A stretch of DNA of 64,000 nucleotides from Chloropicon primus (GCA_023205875.1 CP060764.1:248001-312000), one strand, 5' to 3'. Counted from the first letter of the stretch, positions 33,260-44,113 are shown. Made by a program: numbers and translations. Notes: generated by a model not told the origin, from the letters alone.

Positions 33260-34996
33260 ATGGTAATGTCGACTCCCGTGCATCGGGGGGGGTCAGATCA
33301 GCGTCAGACGGGTCGGGAACGATCGAAGGGTTCATCGCTTGAGGGTGCCATGACGTCAAATTGGCTTGCGGCTTGCGTATCTTTGCTGTTCTTTGTCGAA
33401 GCTGGGTGGAGGTTTTACACCTCTGTGAAGCTGGGCAGCTCGGTGGAGGGGTCGAACTACAGCAACTACGTCGACGCCGTGTTCAATGGGGTGAATTTCG
33501 TTGCGTTGGGTTCGATTGGGCTGGGCTTCGTGGCCTGGCCCGCCGTGGAGCCCTTCACGCGGAGGCTCAAGGAGCGAACATCCACCGAGCCGACGACGAC
33601 GGAAGAGAGGGCCGAGGTGGTGGTGTCGAAGACGAGCCTTCCCAAGAGCTTCAGGACCATCAGGAGCAGGAAGAGCCTGAGCAGGAGGTACGCTCAGATG
33701 GAGGAGGGGGAGGACGACGCTCAGGATCGAGCGGAGGCTTCCGCCAGAGCGATGACGCCCGCCGGCGACGCGCCCGAGCAGCCGAGGAAGGAGAAGAAGA
33801 TTCTCATGTTCTTGACGAACTTGAAGGTGACGTTGATCATCGGTGTGGTGACGTACCACGTTCTCGAGGAATTCTACAACCCGGAGGTCGCGGGGGTCGC
33901 GCAGGTGTCCAGCATGGTGAGGCACGAGGACACGAGCAGGTTCTTCTACAATTTCACGAGTTGGCTGGAGACGGTCTGCCAGCCCTTTGGAATGGGCCTG
34001 TTCCTGTTCATCTCCGCGTACTTCTGCCCGGCCAGCTTGGACCGCAAGGGGCTCAGGAGCTTCGTCCTCGACAAGATCGTCAGGCTCGGTGGGGCGTTCA
34101 TCCTCTACTCTGCCCTGCTGGGGCCCTTGAACCAAATGTGGATCACGTACCTTGGCACCAAGCAGATCGAGTACACCTACGACCCTGACATCGTCTGGTT
34201 CGTTTTGTGGTTGATGAACTGGACGATCGTCTACGCCATCGTTGCCCAGTACGTGCCTGCCATCAAAGTCGGTCTGCCCCACGCCTTCGTTTTGCTCTTG
34301 GCCGGCGCGGCGATGTCCGGTGCTTATTACGGCCTGAGCCTCGGCATTCCTCGCCTCTTCATGAGAACGGGAGGGATGGAGTACTGGAACTACGGGCTTG
34401 CGATCTACATGCCCATGTTCTTCGCGGGGATACTGGGCGGGAGGAACGACTGGATGACGGGCCTGGTCGAGATGGAGAGGTGGCTCGTCTGGCTGCTCCG
34501 CGTGCTCGTCGTCGCCGCGTGGGCGGTGGCGGGAGTCTATTGCAGTCAAAACACAGAGTTGTTTGGACTGCAAATCGGATCCTTGGGCTTGGACCCAACG
34601 TACTTCCAGCTCTTGTTCCCGGGCGTGTACAGCGTGCCCATCTCCATCGCCTTGATCCAAATTTACCACGAGTTCTGCAACGGAACTCCTCAAAACAAGG
34701 TCATGGCGTTCATGAGCAACGCTTCGTACGCGGTTTACGTCACACACAAGATACCCGTGAACGTCGTGGTCCTGACGTTCACCCAAATTCTTGAGGCTTC
34801 CGGCAAGACCGTTCTGTTCATGGGCTCTGGGCATAGCCTGATGTGGTTCCTCAAGAGTTCCGACGGCTTGCCAGACATTCCTTCTTCGGCCATCATTTGG
34901 GGTGGCTTCATCTTCTGCTTCGCGCTCACCCAGCTCGTGGCTTGGCCGCTGGCCTTCTACTTTCGCAAGCTCCCCATCCTCAACCAGATACTGTAG
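33260..34996 (+). CDS. Acyltransferase-3 family membrane protein (OpgC/MdoC-like)
   Basis: Intronless, many TM segments; MGLFLFISAYF...SLDRKG...KIVRLG, WFVLWL, SNASYAVYVTH; start may be 33350. Confidence 0.8.
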   Translation: MVMSTPVHRGGSDQRQTGRERSKGSSLEGAMTSNWLAACVSLLFFVEAGWRFYTSVKLGSSVEGSNYSNYVDAVFNGVNFVALGSIGLGFVAWPAVEPFTRRLKERTSTEPTTTEERAEVVVSKTSLPKSFRTIRSRKSLSRRYAQMEEGEDDAQDRAEASARAMTPAGDAPEQPRKEKKILMFLTNLKVTLIIGVVTYHVLEEFYNPEVAGVAQVSSMVRHEDTSRFFYNFTSWLETVCQPFGMGLFLFISAYFCPASLDRKGLRSFVLDKIVRLGGAFILYSALLGPLNQMWITYLGTKQIEYTYDPDIVWFVLWLMNWTIVYAIVAQYVPAIKVGLPHAFVLLLAGAAMSGAYYGLSLGIPRLFMRTGGMEYWNYGLAIYMPMFFAGILGGRNDWMTGLVEMERWLVWLLRVLVVAAWAVAGVYCSQNTELFGLQIGSLGLDPTYFQLLFPGVYSVPISIALIQIYHEFCNGTPQNKVMAFMSNASYAVYVTHKIPVNVVVLTFTQILEASGKTVLFMGSGHSLMWFLKSSDGLPDIPSSAIIWGGFIFCFALTQLVAWPLAFYFRKLPILNQIL

Positions 34997-35094
34997 GCAA
35001 GGTGGTGGTTCTCTTCGTCTTGGTTTTTGTTTTCTTAATTATATTGTATTATCTTTTGTGTAGTAGCTTACTGGAGTCTAGTAGTTTACAATGC

Positions 35095-35636
35095 TCAACC
35101 ATCGATCGCGTTCCTCATGCTCTCGAGGAGGGACCTGCACAGCTTGAGCTTCTCGAGGGAGGCGTCCGCTTGCGCGTTCTCCAGGTAGCTATCCAAAGTG
35201 GTGTTCGACGTGTCATAGCTGTGTCGCCAAGGAAAGGGTGGGTCAGCAACAACAACCAGGGTCAGCTTTCGTGGCAGGTTCCTCCTCTTACCTTGCGCCA
35301 GCACCGACGGCCGCGTGGTTCGGAAAGACCGACCGCAGCCCGGACCGGATCGCCTTGATCTTCTCGATGCATGTCCTGCAGACGTCTTGCACTTGCACCT
35401 CCTTGCACTCCCTGCCCTTGGAAAGCTCCTCCGTCAAGTCTCCGAACAAGTCCAGCGTGTCCACGATATCCTGGAGGTGAAGACGAAGACGAAGATGATG
35501 AACGAGAGAGAGAGAGAGAGAGGTCAATGTGTGCTGGGGGGGAGTGGCGCCAAAGGCCATCTCGTACCGATAAAGCAAGCCGAAGCTTTTTGGAGGTTTC
35601 GCTCCCTGCCTCCGCGACGCCGTCCACTTCCATCAT
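35095..35636 (-). CDS. MED11: Probable Mediator subunit MED11
   Basis: join(35568..35636,35292..35470,35095..35218), ~123 aa helical protein; DIVDTLDLFGDLTEELSK...CRTCIEKIKAIRSGLR...Y...LEKL pattern recalls plant MED11. Confidence 0.6.
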
Positions 35637-35742
35637 CAGGACACTTCCTGCTCGAATGGTTCCGAGTAGGAAAGGAAAGGAAAGGAAAGGAAGATCATCT
35701 CGTCGTGTTCAGTCCTTGCCATCCTTCCATCACACACACACG

Positions 35743-35788
<46 letters not shown>

Positions 35789-35906
35789 GCGCGCGCGATG
35801 CTCTGCTCCGCCTACCTGTGTGGCACTGATAATGATGGTGGTGGTGGCGGTGCTGCTGCTGCTTCTGATGATGATGATGATCCAATCAGTACATCCTCAT
35901 CCTCAC

Positions 35907-35944
<38 letters not shown>

Positions 35945-36379
35945 TCCAAACCTCCGCCCAATCGACGCGCCTCTCTCAAGGAGGGGAACGAGTCGACGTC
36001 TCCGCCCGATCATTGTCTTATGATAAGCGACGTTACCGTTTACGTAGAGATACAGTACCATTATCCTGTAGTATACGTTACTACAAATAGTGTTTAAGAA
36101 CATAAAATGTTACGCCTCTCAAAACATAATGTGACGAATATCAACAATGAATGTTACGCCGCTTGTAGAATATGTAGCTCGAGGAGAGCGAGCGTCCGAG
36201 GGTGGGAGGAGTCGAGCGGCACGAACGGACGACGACGACGAGGACGAGGACGACGACGAGGACGACGACGAGGGGGAGGAGGGAGGGAGGTGGTGTTGGA
36301 CTCGAGGTCACCGCAAGCGTCGCGCGAAAGCGTCGTTGGGCGGTGGAGGAGAAGCAAACAAGAGAGAGAGAGAGGAGCA

Positions 36380-36819
36380 ATGGGGAACCCAATTTATGCC
36401 GTGCCGAAGAGCAAGAGCGAGTTCACTCACGTGTACATCCAGGTGCGTCGAAGCGACGGAGCGGCCACGACCTTCTCTCCCTATCTCGACGTTGAGTTTG
36501 ACTGACTTTGCCTTCTTTTTTCTTCTTCTTCTTCTCCTTCTCCTTCTTCTTCTTCTTCTTCTTCTTCTTGCCCATCCCGTTCCCACATCCAACTCCGTTG
36601 CAGCTTAGAGTTAGGGACCAGTCCGGTTCAGACGTTTACTTCAAGATGAAGCGGCGGTTGCCCTTGGGTCTTTTGCAGGACGCGTACTGCCAGAGGGAAC
36701 AGCTGGACTTGAGCAAACTGTGCTTCTTGTACAAGGGAAGGAGAATCATCCCGGATGAGACTCCAGAGGAGCTAGATATGGAGCAAGTGGTGACCGTCGA
36801 CGTGGTGAAGCTGGACTAG
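36380..36819 (+). CDS. SUMO-like (Rad60-SLD/ubiquitin-fold) protein lacking C-terminal GG
   Basis: join(36380..36442,36604..36819), 92 aa; IQLRVRDQSGSDVYFKMKR...AYCQR...FLYKGRRI...TPEELDME. Confidence 0.8.
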
Positions 36820-37080
36820 CTGGGCACCACACAGGACTCAGACACACACACTATAACACACACAGACACACACAGACACGCACACACACACACTTTGCCG
36901 GGGGGATTTTGTTTCCATCATTAGCGAAAAGGCTTGAAGCAAGAACATGTAACAACTCGTGAGCCTCTTATTTTGCTCTCAAAGATCAAAAGCCTGTGCC
37001 CTGCTCTCGTTCTCGTGTTGTACTACAATTGAAATTCGTCGTCTTTACTCATCTTCTTCGCTCTTCTTGGTTGGTCTTGT

Positions 37081-38418
37081 CTACTTCTTGCCGAGGGTCA
37101 AAACGGCCGTGGCGAACGTGCCCCTGCCTCCCCCCTCTCCATCGTCCTCGTCCTCTTCCTGCTCATCGTCCTCCTGCTGCTGATCTCGGGAAGACTTGAC
37201 TTCACGAGGTTCTTCCTCCGTGTCTGTGTCTCGATCGCGCGAGCGTCTCTCCCGTGCTGGGTTTCTTGGCCTCATGCTGGTCAGTCCCGGTATCGAGGGA
37301 ATGGGGCTTGGGACGTCAGGGAACACGAACCCCAGAGCTGGACGGGCGCTCCCTTGGCTGGGTGGCTGAGGGGTCGGTCCTGTGCCATCGGGAAGAGGTA
37401 TCGTGCCAGGCAGGGTGCACACGCCCGTTGGCTTGTCGCACATCATGTGGTTCGTTGCGTGGCACCCGATCTCCGGCGAGGGGCCCTCGCACTTGGCCTC
37501 ACAGTGGGTGTCGTCCAAACATTGCACGCAGCGCCCCGAGTCGACTTGGCACCACGGATTTTTCGTCCAGGGGCTGACCGTGCAATCGCTGTCATCGAAG
37601 CAGTAGTCCCGGTCTCGATTGCAGAGGAATGCGCCCGGCCAGCCCTCGTGGAGCACTGGATCCACCGGCACCTGGTTGTATCCCACTTCGCACACGCAGG
37701 TATTGATGGCTTTCTCACACCTCTGGTGATTGTTCGTCAGGCAATGCGCGTCGTAAAGGCAAAAGGGATGAGGTGGCAAGACGCAGTTGCCCGTCCCATC
37801 GTCCTCGTAGCCCTTCCGGCAAACGCAAGTCTCAGCAATGACGCCGTCGCTGTGGAAGACGAGCTCGCAATTTTCGTGCTTGTTGCACGATCCCGTACCA
37901 TCACAAGGCAGACCCAAGGTGTTCTCCCTGACGCACTGCCCGCCGTCAGACTCATAGCCGAGAAGGGTGTCACAGAGGCACCGGCCCCCGACCTCGATCA
38001 TCATAACGCACAGCTCATGGTCGCCGGCGCAGTCGCTGTCGCCCTCGCACGAGCCGTGGTGCACAAGGAAGCATGTGTCTCCACCCTCGCTCTCTTCGTA
38101 GCCGAACGGGCACGCGCACTTGTTGGAGTCCTCGTAGCAAGTCTTGGAGACAATCTCGCCGCCCAGAGGGACGCCATCGACCTTGCAGTCCGCATTCGAA
38201 GTGCAATATCCCGGATTGAGGCAAACACCATCGTAGTTGTCAAAGCCCTCCGCGCACACGCACTTCATGCTGAAGAGCCCACCATCCACCACCATGGTCT
38301 TGCAAACCTCATTTTCCCCCGTGCAGTCCTCTTGTCCCTGCGAGCACACATTCCCGAGCGAGCAAGAGACGCGGTGCAGGCAAGCAAGGGCGGCGAGTGC
38401 CACCACCGCGAGCCTCAT
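37081..38418 (-). CDS. Secreted cysteine-rich protein with tandem EGF/EB-like modules
   Basis: Signal peptide; repeated C..D.DC...C...CxC..GY/F...C units; Pro-rich then acidic tail. Confidence 0.8.
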   Translation of the reverse strand: MRLAVVALAALACLHRVSCSLGNVCSQGQEDCTGENEVCKTMVVDGGLFSMKCVCAEGFDNYDGVCLNPGYCTSNADCKVDGVPLGGEIVSKTCYEDSNKCACPFGYEESEGGDTCFLVHHGSCEGDSDCAGDHELCVMMIEVGGRCLCDTLLGYESDGGQCVRENTLGLPCDGTGSCNKHENCELVFHSDGVIAETCVCRKGYEDDGTGNCVLPPHPFCLYDAHCLTNNHQRCEKAINTCVCEVGYNQVPVDPVLHEGWPGAFLCNRDRDYCFDDSDCTVSPWTKNPWCQVDSGRCVQCLDDTHCEAKCEGPSPEIGCHATNHMMCDKPTGVCTLPGTIPLPDGTGPTPQPPSQGSARPALGFVFPDVPSPIPSIPGLTSMRPRNPARERRSRDRDTDTEEEPREVKSSRDQQQEDDEQEEDEDDGEGGGRGTFATAVLTLGKK

Positions 38419-38646
38419 GTCTTCGAAAGTGTCGCTCTCCCTCCCTCCCTCTCTCTTCTCCGAACGCGCGTCCTCGTCGTCGTCGCTGCGTTATTCGGCC
38501 GTTATCTTTGATGGCTGTAGCAACGCCCCAACGACAACCAGGGTTTTTGGGAGACGAACGGTTAAGGGATGGAGGACAGGAGCAGGAGAAGGGGAGGGAC
38601 ACTGGGGCGGGGTTGGATCCCGCACGGGGACGCTTAAATACCTAAA

Positions 38647-38831
38647 CCCTCCCTCCAACACACACACACACACACAGACTCCTCTCTCTCTGGCGAGGAG
38701 ATAACGTCGTTGAACCATCCATCCAAGCAAGTCATCCAAGTCATCCTTTGGCTGTTGGCAAGGGCAATGATGATGATGATGATGAAGGAGGAGGAGGGCA
38801 CGGAGCTGCACATTCCTCGTCCCTCCCTCCA

Positions 38832-38863
<32 letters not shown>

Positions 38864-39040
38864 TCCTCTCTCTGGCGAGGAGAAGATAACGTCGTTGAAC
38901 CATCCATCCAAGCAAGTCATCCAAGTCATCCTTTGGCTGTTGGCAAGGGCAATGATGATGATGATGATGAAGGAGGAGGAGGAGGAGGGCACGGAGCTGC
39001 ACATTCCTCGTCCCTCCCTCCAACACACACACACACACAC
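38647..39040. repeat. About 175-190 bp tandem repeat (2 copies plus partial) with internal CA/GAT/GGA microsatellites
   Basis: CCCTCCCTCCAACACACAC recurs near 38647, 38821 and 39012; GATAACGTCGTTGAACCATCC...GGCTGTTGGCAAGGGC duplicated. Confidence 0.93.
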
Positions 39041-39408
39041 CACAGTGGCCTTCTGTCCTCCTTCTGTCCTTCTGCGAGAGAGTTCTATCTGGATAAGGCT
39101 AAGGCAGCAGGAGAGAAAGGAAGAAAAAGACGGCGAACGAGGAGGACGAGGGGAAGGTGAGGTTCGAGTCGAGTTGAGAAACAACGACGAAGACGAGGAC
39201 GGGAAACCCAAGTCGACTCCCCCTCCACCTGCAAACCCCCCGAAGGTTTCACGCACGCTGAGCATTCGTTCATTCATTCATTCTTCAACTTCTTGCAGGA
39301 GAGAGAGAGAGAGAGAACTCAACAACTCAACTCAACTCAACACCATTCATTCTTCATCTTCATTCTTCATCTTCCAAGGTTGGTCGGTTGGGTGAAGTGT
39401 TGATCAAG

Positions 39409-41790
39409 ATGGCGCCGAGGAGGAGGCCGAGGAGAGGGGAGACGGTGGATGCGTACACGCGGTCGGAGGATGACGAGGGCGGCGTGTACTACAGCGGGGA
39501 CGACAGTGAGATCGAGTCGGAGGAGGACTTGGACTTGACGGCGAGGGAGTACAGGTACAAGGACGCTTTGAAGACGTGGTACCAGTCGCACAGCAACAGG
39601 ATTGGGCAAGACGCCTCGGTGGAGGCGATCGAGGAGGACATCAAGAGGCAGCTGGAGAAGAAGTTCGAGGAGAGCGAGAGGAGCAAGTTGGATGGGGAGG
39701 ACGAGGCGATAGAGATTGGGGAGGACGACACGTACTGCGTGCAGCTGTCGGAGTCCTCGGACGCGGAGGATCCAAGGGAGGGGGCCGACATGGGGAGGGA
39801 CTTCTACTGGAACCCCTCGGACGACAGCTCCGCGGACGAGCTGGAGGTGGAGGAGCTCCAGCAGATCGACCCGGACGACCCGGTGGTGGACCAGGAGAGC
39901 TTCCAGCCGGACCCCGTGTGGAACTCGACGATAGACCCCCAGGTGGGTCTCTGGGGGACCAACCACCCGCACGCCCCGTTCCCCGGGTCGACCTTGAAGT
40001 GGCACAGCATCGTTTGGGACGACGGGTCGACTTACGAGGGCCTCTCGAGGGAGAACATTCCCCACGCTTACGGCACTCTGGTCCTGGGAAACGCGTACGC
40101 CGGCAACCTGGTGGAGCCGAACGTCGGGAGGGGCGTCAAGTACGAGGGCATGTTCAGGGCCGGGGCCGTGGAGGGCTTGGGCCAGATGTCTTGGCCCAAA
40201 GGAAAGGTGTTCCGGGGGGAGTGGGTGCAGGGTCAGAAACACGGCTGCGGGGCCATGTTCGACTTCTCTCCCATGATGAAGCTCGTCAAGGAGGGGAAGA
40301 CGACCGCGGAGGCCTGGGACGCCACGAGGGACCAGATCATGGGCTCGGTCCAGAAGGGGACCTGGAACAGGGACAAGTTCGTGTCCGATCCTATCGACGA
40401 CATCGAGGCTGGGAGGCTCGGGGCCAGCGCCAGGACGACCAACAGGATCGACCCAAAGGACTTGTGCGACAACGCTCTGATCCAGGGCGTCCTGGAGGAG
40501 CTCGACTCTGTGGTCCAGAGGTCGAGGATGTTCCAGCACAAGCCGGACGGGGAGGTGGCCTTGAGGTACCTCCAGGACGGGAGGGGAACCCCGGCCCCCG
40601 TTCAGCAGGACCCGCTCTTCTACCCCCACGGCACCAAATGGATGGCCCCGGGCCCGGTCGGCCAGACCTACGCCCTGCCCGAGGACGAGGGCCTGAAGAA
40701 GCACCTCACCAAGGTCGCGGAGAACTACTACAAGGTCTACAAGATGTACAACCTGCCGTGGGACGAGGGCAACTTGGTGAGCGGCCAGGGGAGCGACATC
40801 AAGAAGGCCGAGGCCTACTGGCCGGAGGAGTTCTTCCAGGAGGGCCCGAACAGCGCCTGGTGGTACAAGAACGTCCTTTACCCGACCGAAAAGAAGGTGG
40901 AGGAGGACATCCAGTTCCACACCGAGAAGGACCAGCAGGAGTACAGGAAGAAGGGGAAGGACGCCCTCAAGCGGAATTGGCTGGAGAGGAGCAAGAGCAT
41001 GGTGGAGGACTTCTTCAACAAGGACTGGCAGGTGAAGAGCAAGGACGACGAGAAGAAGTTTGAGATGGTCAAGGAGTTCGTCAAAGACTGCGACGAGATG
41101 GGGTTCATGAGCTCCTGGAAGCTGACGCAGAGCATCCAGAAGGCGTCCGAGGAGAGGAAGAAGGACATCAAGAGGGTTCAGGGCAGCTCGAAGGAGAAGG
41201 CCTTCAAGAAGAAGGAGCTCATCTACGGCATTGACGAGCTGCACAAGAACTTTGACAGCCTTTCCCCGGCCGAGAGGAGGGAGCAAGGGATGGCTCTCGT
41301 GCAGGACATCACCGACTATGGCTTCCTCAAGGAGTTCACCAAGGACGGAAACGTCGAGGTGGCCGCCGTGGAGGGAGGGAGCTCCAACGACAGGATGGTC
41401 TCCTTCCCGAAGCTCAAGTCCAAGGACTGGAAGGCGGAGCCGACGAAGAGGGCGCCGAAGAGGATGCTGAACCCCATCATGGACCCCATCGACATCACCA
41501 AGTTGGCGGGCCCCGAAAAGAAGAGGTGGCAGAAGGTGCTGGACTACCTGTACAACGACCTGCCCGAGGACGACAAGGTCATGGAGACCCTGCTGACGAA
41601 GGAGGAGCTTGAGAAGGCCAAGGGGGTGAAGTTCGGCGGGCGGGCTGCAGCGGGTCGTGGAGGCGGGGCCCCCACCCCGCCGGTCGCTTCCCTCAGCATC
41701 GGGCTCACCCGGTTCAGCTTTGCCCTGAACAGGCAAATGTCCTACCTGTCGAAGAGAGCAACGAGGCTGAGGAACTTGAACTCGCTCTGA
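39409..41790 (+). CDS. TIC100: MORN-repeat chloroplast import component TIC100-like
   Basis: Acidic N-terminus; WDDGSTYEG, YEGMF and GEWVQGQKHGCG MORN repeats; RMFQHKPDG and WMAPG motifs as recalled for TIC100. Confidence 0.8.
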   Translation: MAPRRRPRRGETVDAYTRSEDDEGGVYYSGDDSEIESEEDLDLTAREYRYKDALKTWYQSHSNRIGQDASVEAIEEDIKRQLEKKFEESERSKLDGEDEAIEIGEDDTYCVQLSESSDAEDPREGADMGRDFYWNPSDDSSADELEVEELQQIDPDDPVVDQESFQPDPVWNSTIDPQVGLWGTNHPHAPFPGSTLKWHSIVWDDGSTYEGLSRENIPHAYGTLVLGNAYAGNLVEPNVGRGVKYEGMFRAGAVEGLGQMSWPKGKVFRGEWVQGQKHGCGAMFDFSPMMKLVKEGKTTAEAWDATRDQIMGSVQKGTWNRDKFVSDPIDDIEAGRLGASARTTNRIDPKDLCDNALIQGVLEELDSVVQRSRMFQHKPDGEVALRYLQDGRGTPAPVQQDPLFYPHGTKWMAPGPVGQTYALPEDEGLKKHLTKVAENYYKVYKMYNLPWDEGNLVSGQGSDIKKAEAYWPEEFFQEGPNSAWWYKNVLYPTEKKVEEDIQFHTEKDQQEYRKKGKDALKRNWLERSKSMVEDFFNKDWQVKSKDDEKKFEMVKEFVKDCDEMGFMSSWKLTQSIQKASEERKKDIKRVQGSSKEKAFKKKELIYGIDELHKNFDSLSPAERREQGMALVQDITDYGFLKEFTKDGNVEVAAVEGGSSNDRMVSFPKLKSKDWKAEPTKRAPKRMLNPIMDPIDITKLAGPEKKRWQKVLDYLYNDLPEDDKVMETLLTKEELEKAKGVKFGGRAAAGRGGGAPTPPVASLSIGLTRFSFALNRQMSYLSKRATRLRNLNSL

Positions 41791-41923
41791 TTGCGGTTGG
41801 GTTGGGCACGACAAGAGCACCATTACCCCCCTGTGTAATACAACAACGGATTAGAAAGCTCAGAAAACCAAAGCAAGATGCGGGCGATTGGCAGCACGGG
41901 CACGGATCCACCCACTAGACACC

Positions 41924-41957
<34 letters not shown>

Positions 41958-41962
<5 letters not shown>

Positions 41963-42620
41963 GCTCGTGGTCGACTCCGTTGCCCTGCTCGTGCTGCACG
42001 CGGAACTTGAAGCTGACGTCCATCCTGCCCTTGACATCGTTCTTGAACGGAGGGTGAATGTAGACGCCGCGCTTGGCCTCGCCCCCGGACTGAAACTCGC
42101 CCGTGTAGGCACGCGATCCATGCACCTCGCCTGAACTCGAGGAGGTCTCCTCCTCCCCAGCGAGGAGGACGGTCCTCTTCTGGAGCTCGACCCTGGAGTC
42201 GACCAGGGAAGCAACCTTTTCGAATCCAAAGAGCAGCTCCGGCTCCGCGAGCACGAACCAGTCGTAATTCGCGTTGCTCCTCGCACTGACTGCGACGGAG
42301 AGCTCGATCTCCTCGCCTTGGAAGTCGGTGAGATCCACAATGTGCTTTTGCCATCCAGGGGAAGCGACAGTCCCCTCCCAAAGCACAGCAACTTCATCCG
42401 CAGTCATGGTGACAGCCACTCCATCCGTCGCCCACGGACCCGATGTCTCCACTCCATCCTTCAGACCCACAGAGAAGGAGAGGTACCACCCCTCCTCACT
42501 CCCATGACCCTCACACAATCCAGGAACTAGGATAACTAGGGCAAAGATGAATATGCTGATGCTGCTGATGCTGCTGATGCTTGTGTTTGTGCCGAAGCCT
42601 ACAACGCCTAACCTTGCCAT
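41958..42620 (-). CDS. Secreted protein with NPCBM/NEW2-like beta-sandwich segments
   Basis: Signal peptide; FSVGLKDG...DGV...W...VDLTDFQGEEIEL...NANYDWFVLAEP followed by GGEAKRGVYIHPP; ends VDHEL. Confidence 0.7.
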
Positions 42621-43021
42621 CTTCCTCTTCTCCGACCTAGGACAGTGCTGAGCCTTCCAGTGAGGTGCCAAGGACTCGTGTTGGCAACCAATCAAGGCGA
42701 CCCCCAATCCAATCCAAAACTCTTATGATGTTTTTCCCGCAATTTTTTTTTTTATTGGAATAGCAATTCTTCCCGAAGCAGTAACGGGCGAGCTTGAGGT
42801 AAGGATTGGAGTGCCACCCCGGAGGCATCGGGGACGGGACGGCGGCGCGGAAGGGTCAGGTGCGGCCACCGTGCGGGTCTTTTGCCGTCACACGATTTTC
42901 TCGTTCTCAATCTCTCGCAGGATCCCCTTTTGCTTGGAGGATCTGACCGGGTCAGGCTGACCCCCTTTGTTGTTCGAATCGTGCCTGGATGTCAAGAGAG
43001 AGAGTGTGTGTGTGTGCGAGG

Positions 43022-43775
43022 ATGTCAGCGAGAGCGAGCAGCGTGGTGAGCATGGTGGCGCTTGGCGGGAGGCCGAACCTCCTGGCCAGGGTCGGGAGGA
43101 GGACCGACGTCGGCGTGGCATCCAGGAGGAGGGGTTCGAGGGGGCCTGGTGTGGTGGTCAGGGCGTCTGGTGATGGCAACCCGCTCGAGGCAGCCCAAGA
43201 GTTCTTCGGCGGGCTCTTCAAGGAAAAGGACGACCCCGTGCCGGTGGGTGCCAACGTCGCCCCGTTCTCTCTCCCGTCCACCACCGGGTCAACCACAACA
43301 GTAAGTTGCGCTCCGGCTCCGAGAGGCACGTGCAGGGTTCATTCGCCTGAGACTGACGCCAGCGTTCTCTCTCCGCCCAGGTGCCGGACGGCTCGTTCAA
43401 GTGCGCCGTCGTCTTCTTCTTCCCAAAGTCGGACACGCCAGGTGAGTGGCCGCGGACGGAACGCGTCCTCCGGTCTTCTGAGACTGACCACATGTTGCCC
43501 CCTCCTCGTCCGCAGGCTGCAAAGCAGAGGGCGACCGTTTCGACGCTCAGGCGTCCACGTTTCAGGCCAAGGGCGCCCAAGTCGTGGGCGTGAGCATGGA
43601 GACGGTGGACGATCTCCAGGCCTCCAACTCGGGGCGTGACATCGAGCTGCTGTCCGACGCCGAGGGCGCCGTCTCCAAAGCGTTTGACGCCGAGCTAAGC
43701 CTTGTCGTTGCCAAGTTCAGGTGCGTCTCGCGCAGGTGGTCAGAGCGGATTGGGGTTCAAGCCAGCTGAACGCAT

Positions 43776-43824
<49 letters not shown>

Positions 43825-43989
43825 GACTTTTCCAAAACACACCACGCGCGTACTAGCGCTCGCAAGACGTTCCTGCTTTCTCCAAGCGGAGAGGTCCTGG
43901 CCAAGTGGTCCGAGGGAAAGAACATGGCGGACGTGAAGGACGGGTCTCACGCCATGGAGGTTCTCGCGGCAATCGATTCCCTCGCTTAG
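43022..43989 (+). CDS. Plastid peroxiredoxin Q/BCP-like protein
   Basis: join(43022..43300,43381..43441,43516..43720,43857..43989); FSLPS, FFFPKSDTPGC, VVGVS, LLSD and RKTFLL. Confidence 0.88.
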
Positions 43990-44113
43990 GCAGAAGCCCA
44001 AAGTCAAGAGCAACGCAATAAGGAAAACAAGCAAAACATGTTATACAAGACAGTGAGTTACAGAGACAAGAACAAAGAGAGAGCGCCGAAAAGGGAAACG
44101 ACGTTCTTTCGCT

